Positions 10,801 through 22,669 of a stretch of 64,000 bases of DNA are shown piece after piece. Below the pieces are notes generated by a model. The model did not search any database and had not been told where the DNA came from. It worked only from the letters and a program-made list of their open reading frames with translations. A program made the position numbers and the translations under genes. The stretch's first letter is position 1; each line of letters starts with the position of its first letter. Source of the DNA: Lepidodermella squamata (taxonomy: Eukaryota > Animalia > Gastrotricha); the NCBI GenBank assembly GCA_047495785.1, contig JBLDXI010000033.1, forward strand, positions 2,480,001 through 2,544,000, read 5' to 3'.

Positions 10801-13010
10801 CGTGATAAACGAACTTCAGACCATGCAAGTTCAAGGCACGCAAGATTTGACTGGGACTCTTATTCGCGCGACAAAGCCTGTCGCAGTTTATGTTGGCACG
10901 TTGCCAAATACTGTCGGACCTGTCCCGCCTTCGACCTTCACCGTCAGTCACATGGTTGACAGCACCCTGCCTGTTACGGTTTGGGGCACGGTCTACCTGG
11001 CTCTGAATATCCCGACCCCGAACAGTGTTAGCCGGATTAAGATTCTATCACGAAGCCCTGATACACATGTCAGCGTATACCCGCCTCTTTTGTTAGGCTT
11101 CGGCTCCAATGTGAACCCGGCCCTGTTAAACCAGGGTGATTCAATGGAGTTCACGCTACAAGACGCTGATAGTGTTCGCATCGAGTCGGATAAACCTGTT
11201 CAAGTCATTCAGATCGTGGCTAGTCAACCTCGAGGCATCAGTGACGTCCCATCGCCGGCGGTTATGACTGTGCTGCCTGTTCCGGAATACGCGAATAACT
11301 ACGCTTTTTCGATACCACCCGATCCTCGGAACTCGCTGTACGACCGGCCTTACACTGTATCGATCTACGTGAGAGAGGAGGACGCGCCTGGGTTGAAGCT
11401 GAACGATTCCTATATCCGTGATTTATTCCCTAATCTGGCATTTGGTAACTTCCCTAGGGGCCAGGACGGCTCAGGGGGTCGGTACCAATTTTTCAATATT
11501 TACCCACCCGGCGTTGGTTATTACCTCTTATGGCACGAAAATCCGACCCGGAAATTCTACGCTAGGCTTTACGCGAATTGGGGCGGTGATACGGTTTTCA
11601 CAGGCCTCGGGGGTTTGGCGTCAAGGCCTCTCGGCCCTGGCTGCACCCAGTACGGCCCCATGACATGCGGTGATTTTATCGACAACGATTGCGACGGAGC
11701 GATCGATGAAGAGATCTGCAACTCTCGAGATGACGACCGTGACGGGATGATTGATGAAGATTGCGCGTGGAGAGACTTCGCCGAGCCCACCCGGCCGAAT
11801 GTGCCCTGCACCTCCGGCTCGCCTGGGCTACCCGGCCCTCAGGGCACCCCTGGCCTGAAGGGTGAGAAGGGATCGCCTGGCCGTGACGCGGGTGCTGGGG
11901 CGCCGGGGCAACCTGGTCAGCCTGGTATGCCGGGCCCTCCCGGTCCGATGGGTGATAAGGGTGATCAGGGTTTCCGTGGTCTGAGCGGATCCCCCGGCCA
12001 GCCTGGTATCAAGGGCTACGTCGGCTTTATCGGCGATAAAGGTGTCAAGGGTGAATTGGGTGACCGGGGTGAGCCAGGCTGGGGCGGCCCTAAGGGTGAC
12101 ATGGGCCCTCCTGGTCCTGTTGGGTTCCTAGGTCCAATGGGCCCACCTGGCCCACCTGGAGACCGCGGTGATCGGGGCGAACGTGGCCCAAAGGGCAATC
12201 CTGGAATTGTCCGAGAGCTCTGCACAACCGGGTACCAATTCAATCAAATGACAAACAACTGCGAAGATAAGGACGAATGTTTTGTTAACAACGGCGGGTG
12301 TCAACACGCCTGCACAAATCAAATGGGAGGCTACCAGTGCTCCTGCAAATCAGGCTATCGACTCTCGGATGATAGACACACTTGTCTCGGTAGGTGTTAT
12401 GAATTGTTAGAAATAATTTTTTCCAATCAAAAATTTTGTTTTAGATGTAAATGAGTGCGAAAACAATAAGACCTGTGAAGCTTGGTCGCAGCGATGCTTC
12501 AACACCTTAGGATCTCACGTATGCATCGACCTGCGAAAGGAATGCCCGCCGTACCTAGCAAGTCTCTACCCGAACGTTTCGGCCCTGGTCGCCGCTGCTA
12601 ACCTAGCCTCCGCTTCTTCTTCCTCATTTAATGTCAACTCTCAATCTCAAACTGCCATGAGCCTCGTCGCCCCGGGTACAGTTATCGTCGGCAATAACGG
12701 CCAGACGTATTACGGGCCAACGGTAAGCGCGCAGCGGATAGAGACTGAATCAGGCGTTTGGTACCGGGAAAGTGAGACCGGGCTGGTGCGTGAAGGCATC
12801 TTGATCGGCCTGCTGATTTGGCTCGCCATTCTCAGCTTCATTGTCATTCTCATCCTAATCGGTGTGCTCATATGGTTCTGCGTACATGAACAGCGGTACC
12901 ACGATGCCGACAACGCATCGGGAAGTTACATGGCGAAAAACGAGTATTACCTTCAGTCAACAACGCTGCCGCCTCGCGAAACATCCGCATCGCAAATTCA
13001 CTTACGATAG
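7816..13010 (+). CDS. Type-I membrane protein: signal peptide, 2x IgGFc-binding (FCGBP N-terminal) domains, DNDCD metal-binding-like motifs, collagen triple helix, EGF/cbEGF, TM, short tail
   Basis: Seven exons joined in frame through GT-AG introns 8033-8118, 9008-9060, 9653-9905, 10039-10091, 10438-10488 and 12390-12444. Signal peptide [17 protein letters not shown]. IgGFc-binding motifs [58 protein letters not shown], and a second divergent copy ([31 protein letters not shown]). [14 protein letters not shown] and [33 protein letters not shown]. Gly-X-Y at ~11814-12205. [18 protein letters not shown] and DVNEC EGF domains. [28 protein letters not shown]. Confidence 0.9.
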
Positions 13011-13946
13011 AGAGAGAATAACATGGCCGCTTCTTCACCATCATTTTTCTGCGACAAATCTAAAAGAGTGCTATAATTGCTTATATTTTTCGTGGCTTTA
13101 ACATGCTTGTCCCAGCAACGTCTCAACGAGGATGATCGCCGCTATAAAAACTACCAAAAATTTCTACGCAACCGGTGAAACCGAGATAACAATACGAAAA
13201 ATAATTGAAAAAAAAACAAATGTGGGCTCTGATTGTATAACTTCAATCCTTATAAAAACGCAAATACCCTCAAAACATCATCAAAATTTTTAAAATTTTA
13301 AAGATGGGCCGACGCAAGTGCAATTTGTAAAAAGAAACATCCTATTTATTATGTTTGCCTGCTCGTTATCTTCTTCTAATGGCTGTGCCAGCGAGACAGA
13401 CACCCCAATGCTGTCTTGACTGTATTAAAATTCTAGAAAATGTTAACGAAATAATCGAATATTTATCAAATATTTATACAAAAAAATGACCTGAATAACT
13501 GGAATTATATATGACATGATCTTGATTTATTATTTGTACGATGAAATCTAAAGATAAGATGGAGATTTTTCTATGAATAAAAAGCGATGATACTTCAGGA
13601 GCCGCTGCTTGTTATTTTTTTGAAAACCAGTCAACTTTATGTTATGAATTGGAGTGCGAAAACGAAAAGGTATTATCAAGATATCTTTTTGGCAATCAAA
13701 CTCGTTTTCGCTGATTCCACATTCAGCAGCTATTAGGACAGCAACTTTCGCCTCTATTCGAATATTTTTTTCATTATTTTCAATTCAGGTTTTGCAATAG
13801 ATGAAAGGAAGGCTCGTTTTAATCCGCAGTCTACATTTTGTCCGGAGAATTGTTAGATATAACTTCAATTTGGTGTTTGAGTTTGTAAAGTTTTGTCTCA
13901 TAATTATTCAATTTAATTGGAAAAGAAGATTAAAAAGGACGTAGTG

Positions 13947-14066
13947 CGACATTTCAGCCAACGACAACTCATCCACGACAACTTAGCCACGACATATCAG
14001 CTAACGATAACTCAGCCAAATATTTTTAATATATTTAAAACGAAATTTCAGCCAAAACTCAGCCAA
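13947..14066. repeat. Short degenerate tandem repeat (CGACAACTCAGCCA-like, 13-14 bp, ~5-7 copies); possible transposon subterminal remnant
   Basis: cgacatttcagcca/acgacaactcatcc/acgacaacttagcc/acgacatatcagcta/acgataactcagcc, then two further partial copies at 14041-14066. Confidence 0.55.
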
Positions 14067-14960
14067 AATTAATTAATGTCATAAAAATGGGCAATTAATT
14101 GCGTAATATCTATCAAATGGTTCGAGAGGGTGTCTAGGAACGATCAGACACCGCGGACTGGACCGAACATCAGAATACTTGGTCGACTACATGTGCCTCG
14201 TCTGCGACCACGACTTCGCCCGCGTCCTTGTTCGGCCCAGTCCGCCGGGACTTCGATCGTTCCCATCGATTTTCATCTGGGAATCCTACGTTGCTCCGAA
14301 TTCTTGGAGCAAAATTGGGCACATTTTGGGTTTCGCAATATGCAAATTTGTTTCCGCAACCGAAAATCAGGTTCCGCTCAGGTTCTGCTAAAGGATATTC
14401 CGTAATTCTAGCCACTCTGGTTACCCTATCGAAGATGGTCTCTTGCAAAAGATTTCTCTCTTTTGCGTGTTCGATGGCCTATGTCACATAACATAACCCT
14501 AGCGAATCTCGGGCCAGTGACATACGTTTTGCGCTCAGGATCCCTTGGCTTATTGGATGTGACCTCGAGCTTCTGGCACGGATGCGAGCTTTCTGTGACT
14601 AAATGAATTGGTTATTGAACTGCTTGTGCTATTCGCCAGTTTCAGGATGACAGCAATTAGTGATTATAAACATGGAATATACAAAAATGCCGTCGTTTAT
14701 CGTTTTATTCGTCATCAGAATTCAGCTTTTTCAGCATTGAACAAAATTTGAAGCAATCAGGTTTGGAGAGGCGTTATAGACAATAGGAGTTTGTTTTTTG
14801 TTACTGTTTTCTGTATAATTTTGATTCATTCATCGCATATTTCAAAGACGATTGTTTCTCGAATAAACCGTGCGTGATGTGTGTACAAAATATTTCGCCG
14901 CAAACGAAAAGGTATAAAACGAAGAACCTGTGTTGTAGCTTTGACTGGAAATGCATTTTG

Positions 14961-17141
14961 CTAGCAATTGAAGCCTTTTTTGTGATAAAACGCCAAAGGA
15001 GCACCTGCTGGTCGGGGCATTAATGTCAATCCGTAGTTTCCACTTGTTGTCAGATCAGAATCCGCCAAGATATCTAGAGGTCTGCCGCTGTTTAACGGAG
15101 CGTCGCCTTCGCAACCGAAGCGATGGTTCAATTCAACCATTACAGACGATAAGAAGGAAGGATTTTCTTCAAGATCGCAGACACGCACTGATCTGTTCCT
15201 CCTGCCACTTTCGCTGCTCGCGCTCGACGATGACGTTTGGATGAAAGGTTCGTAGTGCTCGCGAAGCAGAGCCAGCTCTCCCTCAGGCGTTCGAGATCGT
15301 TTATCCGAGCTTCGCAGGTGGCAGCTATCGCCTGACGAAGTCGACGGCGAAGATTGACTCGTCATCGTGTGACCTTGTTCCGAACATTTCAAATTTTCTC
15401 TCGATTTGTTACGACGCCGCCTCATCATAGGTGAAAGCACGCAGAACATAGCAACGCCTATCAGCAACGCAACACAAACGGAAGCAGCTACAACAGGTAC
15501 GACAAGCAATGCCGTGGAAGGTCCAGTGTTCGCCTTCTCAGTTGTCACATCGACCTTCCTAACCTTTGGAGTAGTCGGAACTATCTTAGGCGCAGGTGAT
15601 TTCATCAGCGGCGGTGTAACAGTGCGACTAATTTTCGTCGCTTGTTCAAACGAAAGCAAAATCGTCATCGGCTCTGCTTTTGAAGCAGCAGCCGTTGTAG
15701 CATTACGATAAATTCTGGCAGTAGTTGTTTCATCTGAAATCGCCTTGCCTTTGATTACGAACCGAATGTTATCGACAGCTGAGGTAGCTCTGGCCGTTGA
15801 TACTGTTGCTGTAGTAAACGGCCTCGTTGTCCTAATCGTGTAGGTAGCAGGTCTTGAGGTCGACTTCGTAATTGAGGTAGTTGGCTTGGTTGTCGTTTGA
15901 GTGGTGCTAGTTGTAGTAGTTGGAACTGTCGTGGTTGTCGACGTTGTTGAGCTTGACGTAGTTGAGCTAGTTGTGGTGCTTGGTGTAGTAGTCGTCGAAG
16001 TGCTAGTCGTCGTCGTCGTGCTTGTAGTGGTACTGGTGCTAGTACTAGTTGAGGTAGACGTCGATGTAGAGGTTGGTTTTGTCTTGAGACCCGGCGAAAA
16101 CTCATCCTCTGGCACCTCTCGGAAATGACGGCCAGCTAATTTAGGCGGAGACGAGCAGTAAAGATCGTCCGATGATTCAAGCCTAAATAACTCAGTCCTC
16201 CGATCATACAATTTTTTCAGCCATAGCAAAGCTGGACCGCTAAAACAAAGAATTGTTAGACTTCAAAAATCTAATAAAATGTCTGAGTAACTTACCAATG
16301 CCACGGGTTGTGAGATAGTTTAACATATTCCATTCCGCCCAGGTATTGTTCTAGGCCGACGTGAATTACTTTGAGCTTATTACCCTCGATCTCAATCGAG
16401 CGAAGTTGCTTGACGAGAGGGCCTATCCTTTCAGCAGTCAGCATGGTCAAATTTGCGTAGTTTATCGCCAGTCTTTCCGTAGTCATCGATTCGAAGAAAT
16501 GCCGATCGATATTGAAGCCAAAATTGTTCCCGCTCAGATCTAACACTTCAAGCTTCAGTCCAGCTAAAGCTCCAGGCCGTAAATTTGTCAATCGTAACGA
16601 ACGTAAGCTCAGTGTTCTGAGCGCACTCAAGCGTGAAAAGGTCATCGGCTCGATGTCATCAATATTCGAAGCTTCGACGGCCAAGTACCGCAGCGAAGCC
16701 GTAACGCCGGTGTCATAGAATGACGACTGGCGTAAAGTTGATTGCGCAAAGGTGTTGTTGTACAAGACTAGCCATGTTACTTCACTCGAGGGATATGCAG
16801 CAGTTACGTGGAGTAAAACAGTTCCGATGTCGACAAAATTAGTATTAGCGCACTGTGAAATAATTGTTAAGGAGGAGAGTAGGTGAGGTGTTCTCGAAAT
16901 TTACCTGAACCAACAACCCTGCGCTGTCGCCCTGTGAAAGATCGGCCGAGATGCATTGGCAACCAGTTGGACACCCTACGGTAGGTTTCGGGATATTTAT
17001 CGACCTCAGTGGGGTTGACGAGTGAGCTTTACGCTTCTTTGTCAAAGCAAATGGTTTCCGCTTGTTGGCGTCAACCAGCAACGAGCCGATCAAGCTGAGG
17101 GCAACGATGATTAGAATCGTTGTCAGCCCAAAGTTGGCCAT
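14961..17141 (-). CDS. Leucine-rich-repeat type-I membrane protein with Thr/Ser-rich mucin-like stalk
   Basis: Three exons (17141-16905, 16852-~16296, ~16239-14961). Signal peptide MANFGLTTILIIVALSLIGSLLVDA. LRRNT CPTGCQC. LRRs (LRTLSLRSLRLTNL, LEVLDLSGNNF, LRSIEIEGNKL). LRRCT LSHNPWHC...LLWL...LYCSSPPKLAG. T/S-rich stalk, TM LLVVPVVAASVCVALLIGVAMFCVL, then an RRRR stop-transfer. Confidence 0.88.
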
Positions 17142-20100
17142 TATCAAGTCATCATGCCCGGTCTAAACACGTCTAAATAAAGAAGTTATAAGCCTAAGCC
17201 GTTGTATCGCTACAAAGTGTTACTACAACGAATTATCGATAATATATTATGTAGTCATTTATCTTTCGACACAAGCCCGCTCTCGCGCATTAGTAAACAA
17301 TATGTGTACAACAACTCGTGGATTGTTTATAAATAACGAGCCATAATTTCAAGTGCGCTGCAGTGGTGTTGGCCCGTGCAATTCGGCGTTAAAACACATG
17401 TAGTAAGGCGCCGAGTCAAGAAGCATCAAACGCGCGCAATAAACGCGTCCTTGTCGCGCACAGCTGACCCCGCAATAAACGCGCTACTGGCGCGCGCGCC
17501 TGCGATAAGGCCATGTAAATGAGCCAGAACATAACTCCGGCCGAATTTAAAGCCGCGCGTACCTGATACAGGTGCGAAGCCCAGCTTAATAATAAAATAA
17601 CCGATTAGTTTTTTAACGCGATAAAATATCGCGGGAAAAACAAACAAATTAATAGCTATATCGCAACTGCACCCGGGTATCATCACGTCCGGGCCGGAGA
17701 AGAATATTTTATACAATCTAGCGAGATGATGATAAAAACCTCGACTTCTATTACCTGCGATATTATTATTTTATCATCTCATCGCGCGCTCTTTTTCGCG
17801 CAGAGAGGCGCGCCTTTTTGAATGAGTGGTGGTGAAAAATACTGCGTTTATTAAAAGCTATATAGACTTCTTTTCAGCAGTGGCCTGTGGTCATCGCGGG
17901 CGGGGGGTGTGTATTGCGCTTGATTTTGTTTTGTTGCGCTTCAGTACTTTCGTTTAATGAAAATCGTACCCGGGGATAGAGCAATAAATTACTACTACAA
18001 ACGATAATAAGTAAATGATTTAGCTCATCGGTCAAAAAATGCATAAACAAAATAGCGCTCGCAGGTATAGATTTCAACGATATTGTTATATACCGACTAT
18101 ATAATTGTTTATTGCCGCGATATACTCGCCGAGGCGAGAATAATTTTGCCGTGTTTATCTTTGGCAGGAAAAATTACCCAAGCGCATACCTGATTTATCA
18201 ATAGATTAAAATAATACCCTATATATACGATTTCAAGTTGTGAATGGTGATCGGTGTTATATTTCGAGATTAAGGCGGCGAAAAAGTGCGCCACCGCAGT
18301 TCATGCGCGCAATGCGGCCGCGTGGCGTCGAGAAAGCGACGCGCCGGAAATATAGAAATGCCATAAGATGATGAGCACACACGCGCACACCTTTGACGTT
18401 TTTGCAGCAGTGGGCGCGGCTACTGACACGCATGTGTTATCTATCCGGTGGTGTATCATCCACCTTAAAGCCGCATGCGATATTATTTATTCGCGCTGCT
18501 ACTTGTTATAATATATCATTTGGGCGCGACGTCGCGCGTCACGGTGTTACTACGTCGGAAGTGTGTTTAAGCCTTTATGCTGAAGCGCGATGGTGGTAAC
18601 AACACGGCCGAATGCCGAGAGTGGGAGCGACGCAACATTCCTCTCTTGAAAAATCTTCCTTTTATAACACTACTGCACTGCCTCTACCTGCTTCTGGTCA
18701 AGCAGCCGATTTCTAAATACACGTGCGTAATTACACGGCCATGTCTTGTCGTCGTAAAAAGCCGGCCGCTAATGGTGAGGCCAATTATTTCGAGGCCAGC
18801 ACGGCGCCGGCAATAAAACGGACCTGTCACCGGGGCACAATGTAGCGATGAAAGAACTACGATCCACGTATGTATCTCTCAAAAAGCATCGCTATATACG
18901 TCAAGAGTGGCACGCGCTAATGACAGCAACGGGTTTGTTTTTCGGGCACACGCGCGCGCCTACAGTATCAAACTGGTTCGAAAAACTGGCGAGTATATAA
19001 CGCCAAGTTTTTGATTGCCATTTAATAGCACTTCCTTATTGTTATATAATAAAAATGATGAAAGATGAAAGTATCATTCAGTCACCGCAAAAACACGAGT
19101 TGACACGCCATATTATTTTTGTTGTTGGCGATGTTTGTCGAGGGCGGATTTTCAGCGCGGAAAAATGCGAACATATGTCATCAAATAATGAAAAGCCGCG
19201 TATATCATGATGTATCGACTTTGCTGCGAAATACCCGAAAAGCCAAGTACCTATAATGCTTTGTTTACGATTTTTGTTGTCTTGGTTTCGCCTTCCATAT
19301 ATATGCCCAGATGTAGTAAATAGTAATTAAGAACGGTCGCGCTTTTTGTTGACGCGGCTCGGTACTCGAAAGATATCCGATATATACCAAACAAATTCTT
19401 CCGTCATGGTGTTTTATTATCAATATAAAACAAATTAATAAGGGGGTTGGAAATTCGCCTATAGCTCTATATTTTTTGAGATATGAAAGAATTCAGCCAG
19501 GCAAGCCTGGCCACTGTTTGCTTATCACCTTTTTTAGGTTTCGCTGGTGCGCGACGGTGTTGTTTTTATGCCTACTTTAATTTGCACCTCATCAATAGCT
19601 ACTGGTATATTACAGCAGGAAGTTCCTGATGGGCGAGCTCTTATCCCGACAGCGGACAATTGAGCTATGTAGTTTATCTATATAGCGTATGCTGATAATT
19701 CTGGAAATAAATTGGTTTTCGTCAACGGAATTCAGCGGCACCCGAACCCATCGGTGCATTATTCAAAATATGACTAATAAGTAACAATTCAATCGATCAA
19801 AACGATGCGAATCCGTTAGATATCTATTGTCCTGCCAATTTGAAACACAACTTGGCTGATTTTATAACTCCAGTCACACTGAACTTTAATCATTATTTTG
19901 AACCAAACTTCCAGAGTTTAGGGTACGCTAACAGAGAATCAAAATTGGACGAAGTTTTATTAACCTTAAAACGCTCAAAATAAGTCACACCTGTTTACAA
20001 TTCATGTCGCCCGAGTGTTCAGGCTCGACGCTTTGTTGAGCAAATTCATGTATCTTTCCACCGTGAAATGAAGTGTTTCTCTAATTCCGATACGACTTCC

Positions 20101-20666
20101 AGCGCTACCCCGCAAGAGGTTTATAAATCGATCACGTGACACGAAAAAACGTTATCATTGCGTCGAGATACTCTCACGATATTGATCGATCACTAGCATT
20201 GCTGAAAATGTGAAAAAATCAGCTTGATCGAATTTCAAACATGCCAAGCTGCGGAAAAGTGCTACCTGAAAGACGCCGTAGTTAAAACAACGGTCTGTTT
20301 TACGGTGAAAGTGCTATTATCTAATATTCGACCAATTTTGACGCAATTTTGACCCAATCGTTGTCAAATTTTACCTGTTGAATTCGTCTGCGTTTCTTAT
20401 ATCCGCGTATTTGCTCCTAAATTTCCAGTTACACATTTCGAAGGGCGCCAGAATTCAGGTACCTAATAAAATCGATTAATGAACTTCAGCATCGACGCTG
20501 TTTGTCCCTTGTTATCAGTTCACAATGTTGACTCCGAATTAACACAAACCACTCAACACACCTAGATGAACTATGCTAATCTATAATAATGCACGTGTTA
20601 GATATGCGCATTGTTGGATGACCTAGAAAATCCATTATGTCCCCGTGAATAAGGCCAACACACAGC

Positions 20667-20674
20667 TATAAAAA
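20667..20674 (+). promoter_or_regulatory. Candidate TATA box of the lipocalin gene
   Basis: TATAAAAA about 70 bp upstream of the ATG at 20741. Confidence 0.45.
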
Positions 20675-20740
20675 CACCGCAACAATACGCCTGTAAAACT
20701 TTATATACAAGTATCTAATAAGCACTCATTCATTCCAATA

Positions 20741-21384
20741 ATGTTCATGAAAACGACTTCGTTTTTCTTTCTGGGGGTCTTGCCTTTGATTGGTTAGTTT
20801 CAATTTTCGATGCAGCTAATGTGACTTAATGATTTTTCTACTTATATATAGCCGTCGCGTGGCCTGTCAAGGAATCATCACCGATTCCACTGCAGCCTGA
20901 TTTCAAATTCAACAAATTTGCCGGTAAATGGTTTGACATTTACCGCTCCCCCGGCATGAGCGTCTGGGAAAAGGGCACGGATAACAACTTTGTCTTCTCC
21001 CTTCGCGACGACGGCAAAATCAACTTCCAGTACTCAGACTGGCGCGACGGGCAATGGTACGTGTCAGATACACCCTACGCGTGGACGCCTGACGTCAAAG
21101 AGCCAGCAGCCTGGCTGGTGAAATTCTCGTGGTTCATGCCTGCTGCTGACTTCAGAATCTTGTACACCGACTACGATGACGTAGCCGTCATTTACGGCGA
21201 GCAGACCATTTTCGGCTACCGCATTGGCCGTTACGCTTGGATTTTCGGCCGTAACAACAAGATCAGCCAGAAAACTGAGGACTACGTGTTCAAACTGCTA
21301 AACGAGCGTACGGGCATGCAGAAAAGTGAGCTTATAAAATCAACCCAAGGCGTCGCTCCGTCCTCATCGATGAGGCAAAACTGA
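20741..21384 (+). CDS. Secreted lipocalin (ApoD/Blc/TIL-like), 194 aa
   Basis: Exon 1 20741-20792 (MFMKTTSFFFLGVLPLI, signal peptide), 59-nt intron, exon 2 20852-21384. All three lipocalin conserved regions are present: DFKFNKFAGKWFDI (GxW), ILYTDYDDVAVIY (TDY), YAWIFGR. AATAAA at ~21409. Confidence 0.9.
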
Positions 21385-21652
21385 TTTCATGAAAATTGAT
21401 TACACTCAATAAACTAATCACATTATTCGTTCTTGTTTCTTACCATCGGGATTTAGTGTGGCTGACTCAAGCCTATCGAGAAGTACTGACATTTATAGGT
21501 AGCAAAGATGAGTGTTTGGAAACGTAGGTACACCAGATCTGAAAGCAGCTTGTGAACTTGGACAGTTTACCACAGCTTCACCGTGAAAATTTATCATATC
21601 AATAACTCACGGAGGGCCTGAGTTTCTTGCGCAGTTAGCATTGAAGCTTCAT

Positions 21653-21805
21653 TTCTCTATTCTCTATTCTCTATTCTCTATTCTCTATTCTCTATTCTCT
21701 ATTCTCTATTCTCTATTCTCTATTCTCTATTCTCTATTCTCTATTCTCTATTCTCTATTCTCTATTCTCTATTCTCTATTCTCTATTCTCTATTCTCTAT
21801 TCTCT
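21653..21805. repeat. Perfect heptanucleotide microsatellite (TTCTCTA)~22
   Basis: Uninterrupted 7-mer repeat of about 153 bp. Confidence 0.97.
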
Positions 21806-21887
21806 GATTTCGCGTAGTGATGATACGCAGTCCACGAGAGATTGAGCATGTATTGGTCATATTATTAGGGTCAATCCTGACATAATA

Positions 21888-21975
21888 CTATGCAGAATCG
21901 TTATAACGAACTTCGCTTATATAACGAATATTTTTTACTGGCATTGTAGGGGTTCGTTATAACGATTTCGCACTG
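21888..21975. mobile_element. 88-bp degenerate Tc1/mariner-pogo (Tigger/MADE-like) MITE
   Basis: Left end TA-ctatgcagaatcgttataacgaac vs right end gttcgttataacgatttcgcactg-TA (reverse complement cagtgcgaaatcgttataacgaac). TA flanks on both sides. Confidence 0.6.
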
Positions 21976-21987
21976 TATGATAAAATA

Positions 21988-22603
21988 CCGTATTTCTCGA
22001 AAATATACGACACGCACCTGTAATATATATCCCCGCTCCCTAATACAACCCGACGAAAAAATCGTTTGTTCATATTTAACCCAGGCCTCGAAATTGTACC
22101 ACAGCTATTTTAATTTGGGCGAAGCATGCGTTGGAACAAAAGAAAAGCCTTATTAATGACGCATTATCGTAATCAGTGATTAGCTATCGCGTAAGCAGCT
22201 TCGCAACGTCTGATCTTGGCACCATTCATAAGCCAGCAGAAAATGCCCATTCAGCATTCACTAGCTGAGACACAGAGTTTTATTTTAACATTTTCATATC
22301 CTTCTTAATCGTTTTAACCTTCTGGAATCGATGATGGCTGGCTCTCCTGATCGTCTTCAAGATTCCGTCCAGGTGTCCGAAGAAGACAAGCGAAAGCGGC
22401 ACCGCAAGTATTCCCTCGCATTTTCACTGAATCGACAAATAAAACAATCTAAAAACGTCGTCTTAATACGAATTGCTCGCGGCTTTTTGTGATGATTCGC
22501 AATTAAACAGCACACCCGTATATATCCCCACTCCCTAATACAACCCGAATCAAAAATCATTTGTTCATAAATATAGCCCGCGGTAAATTTTCGAGAAATA
22601 CGG
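21988..22603. mobile_element. 616-bp non-autonomous pogo/Tc2-like MITE
   Basis: Perfect 17-bp TIR CCGTATTTCTCGAAAAT / ATTTTCGAGAAATACGG flanked by TA (21986-87, 22604-05). Internal ~65-bp direct repeat (~22016-22082 and ~22513-22579). CCGTA termini are characteristic of Tc2/pogo elements. Confidence 0.85.
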
Positions 22604-22669
22604 TATTCGACATTGCCCTTAAGTTCGAAAAGTGCGGTAAAACGTAAAACCTGAGATTTCATATACGGT

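Noticed and set aside
14130-14640. Overlapping 70-92-aa ORFs, possibly a decayed transposase
   Set aside because: No convincing DDE or other motif, no splice-consistent gene model and no TIR pair. Left unannotated.
15406-16128. Val-rich plus-strand ORFs (also 55336-55530 and 56044-56331)
   Set aside because: Antisense shadows of Thr-rich (ACN codon) mucin stalks on the minus strand.
21653-21805. Possible interstitial telomeric repeat
   Set aside because: TTCTCTA/TAGAGAA lacks the G-run of known animal telomere motifs, so it is treated as a microsatellite.
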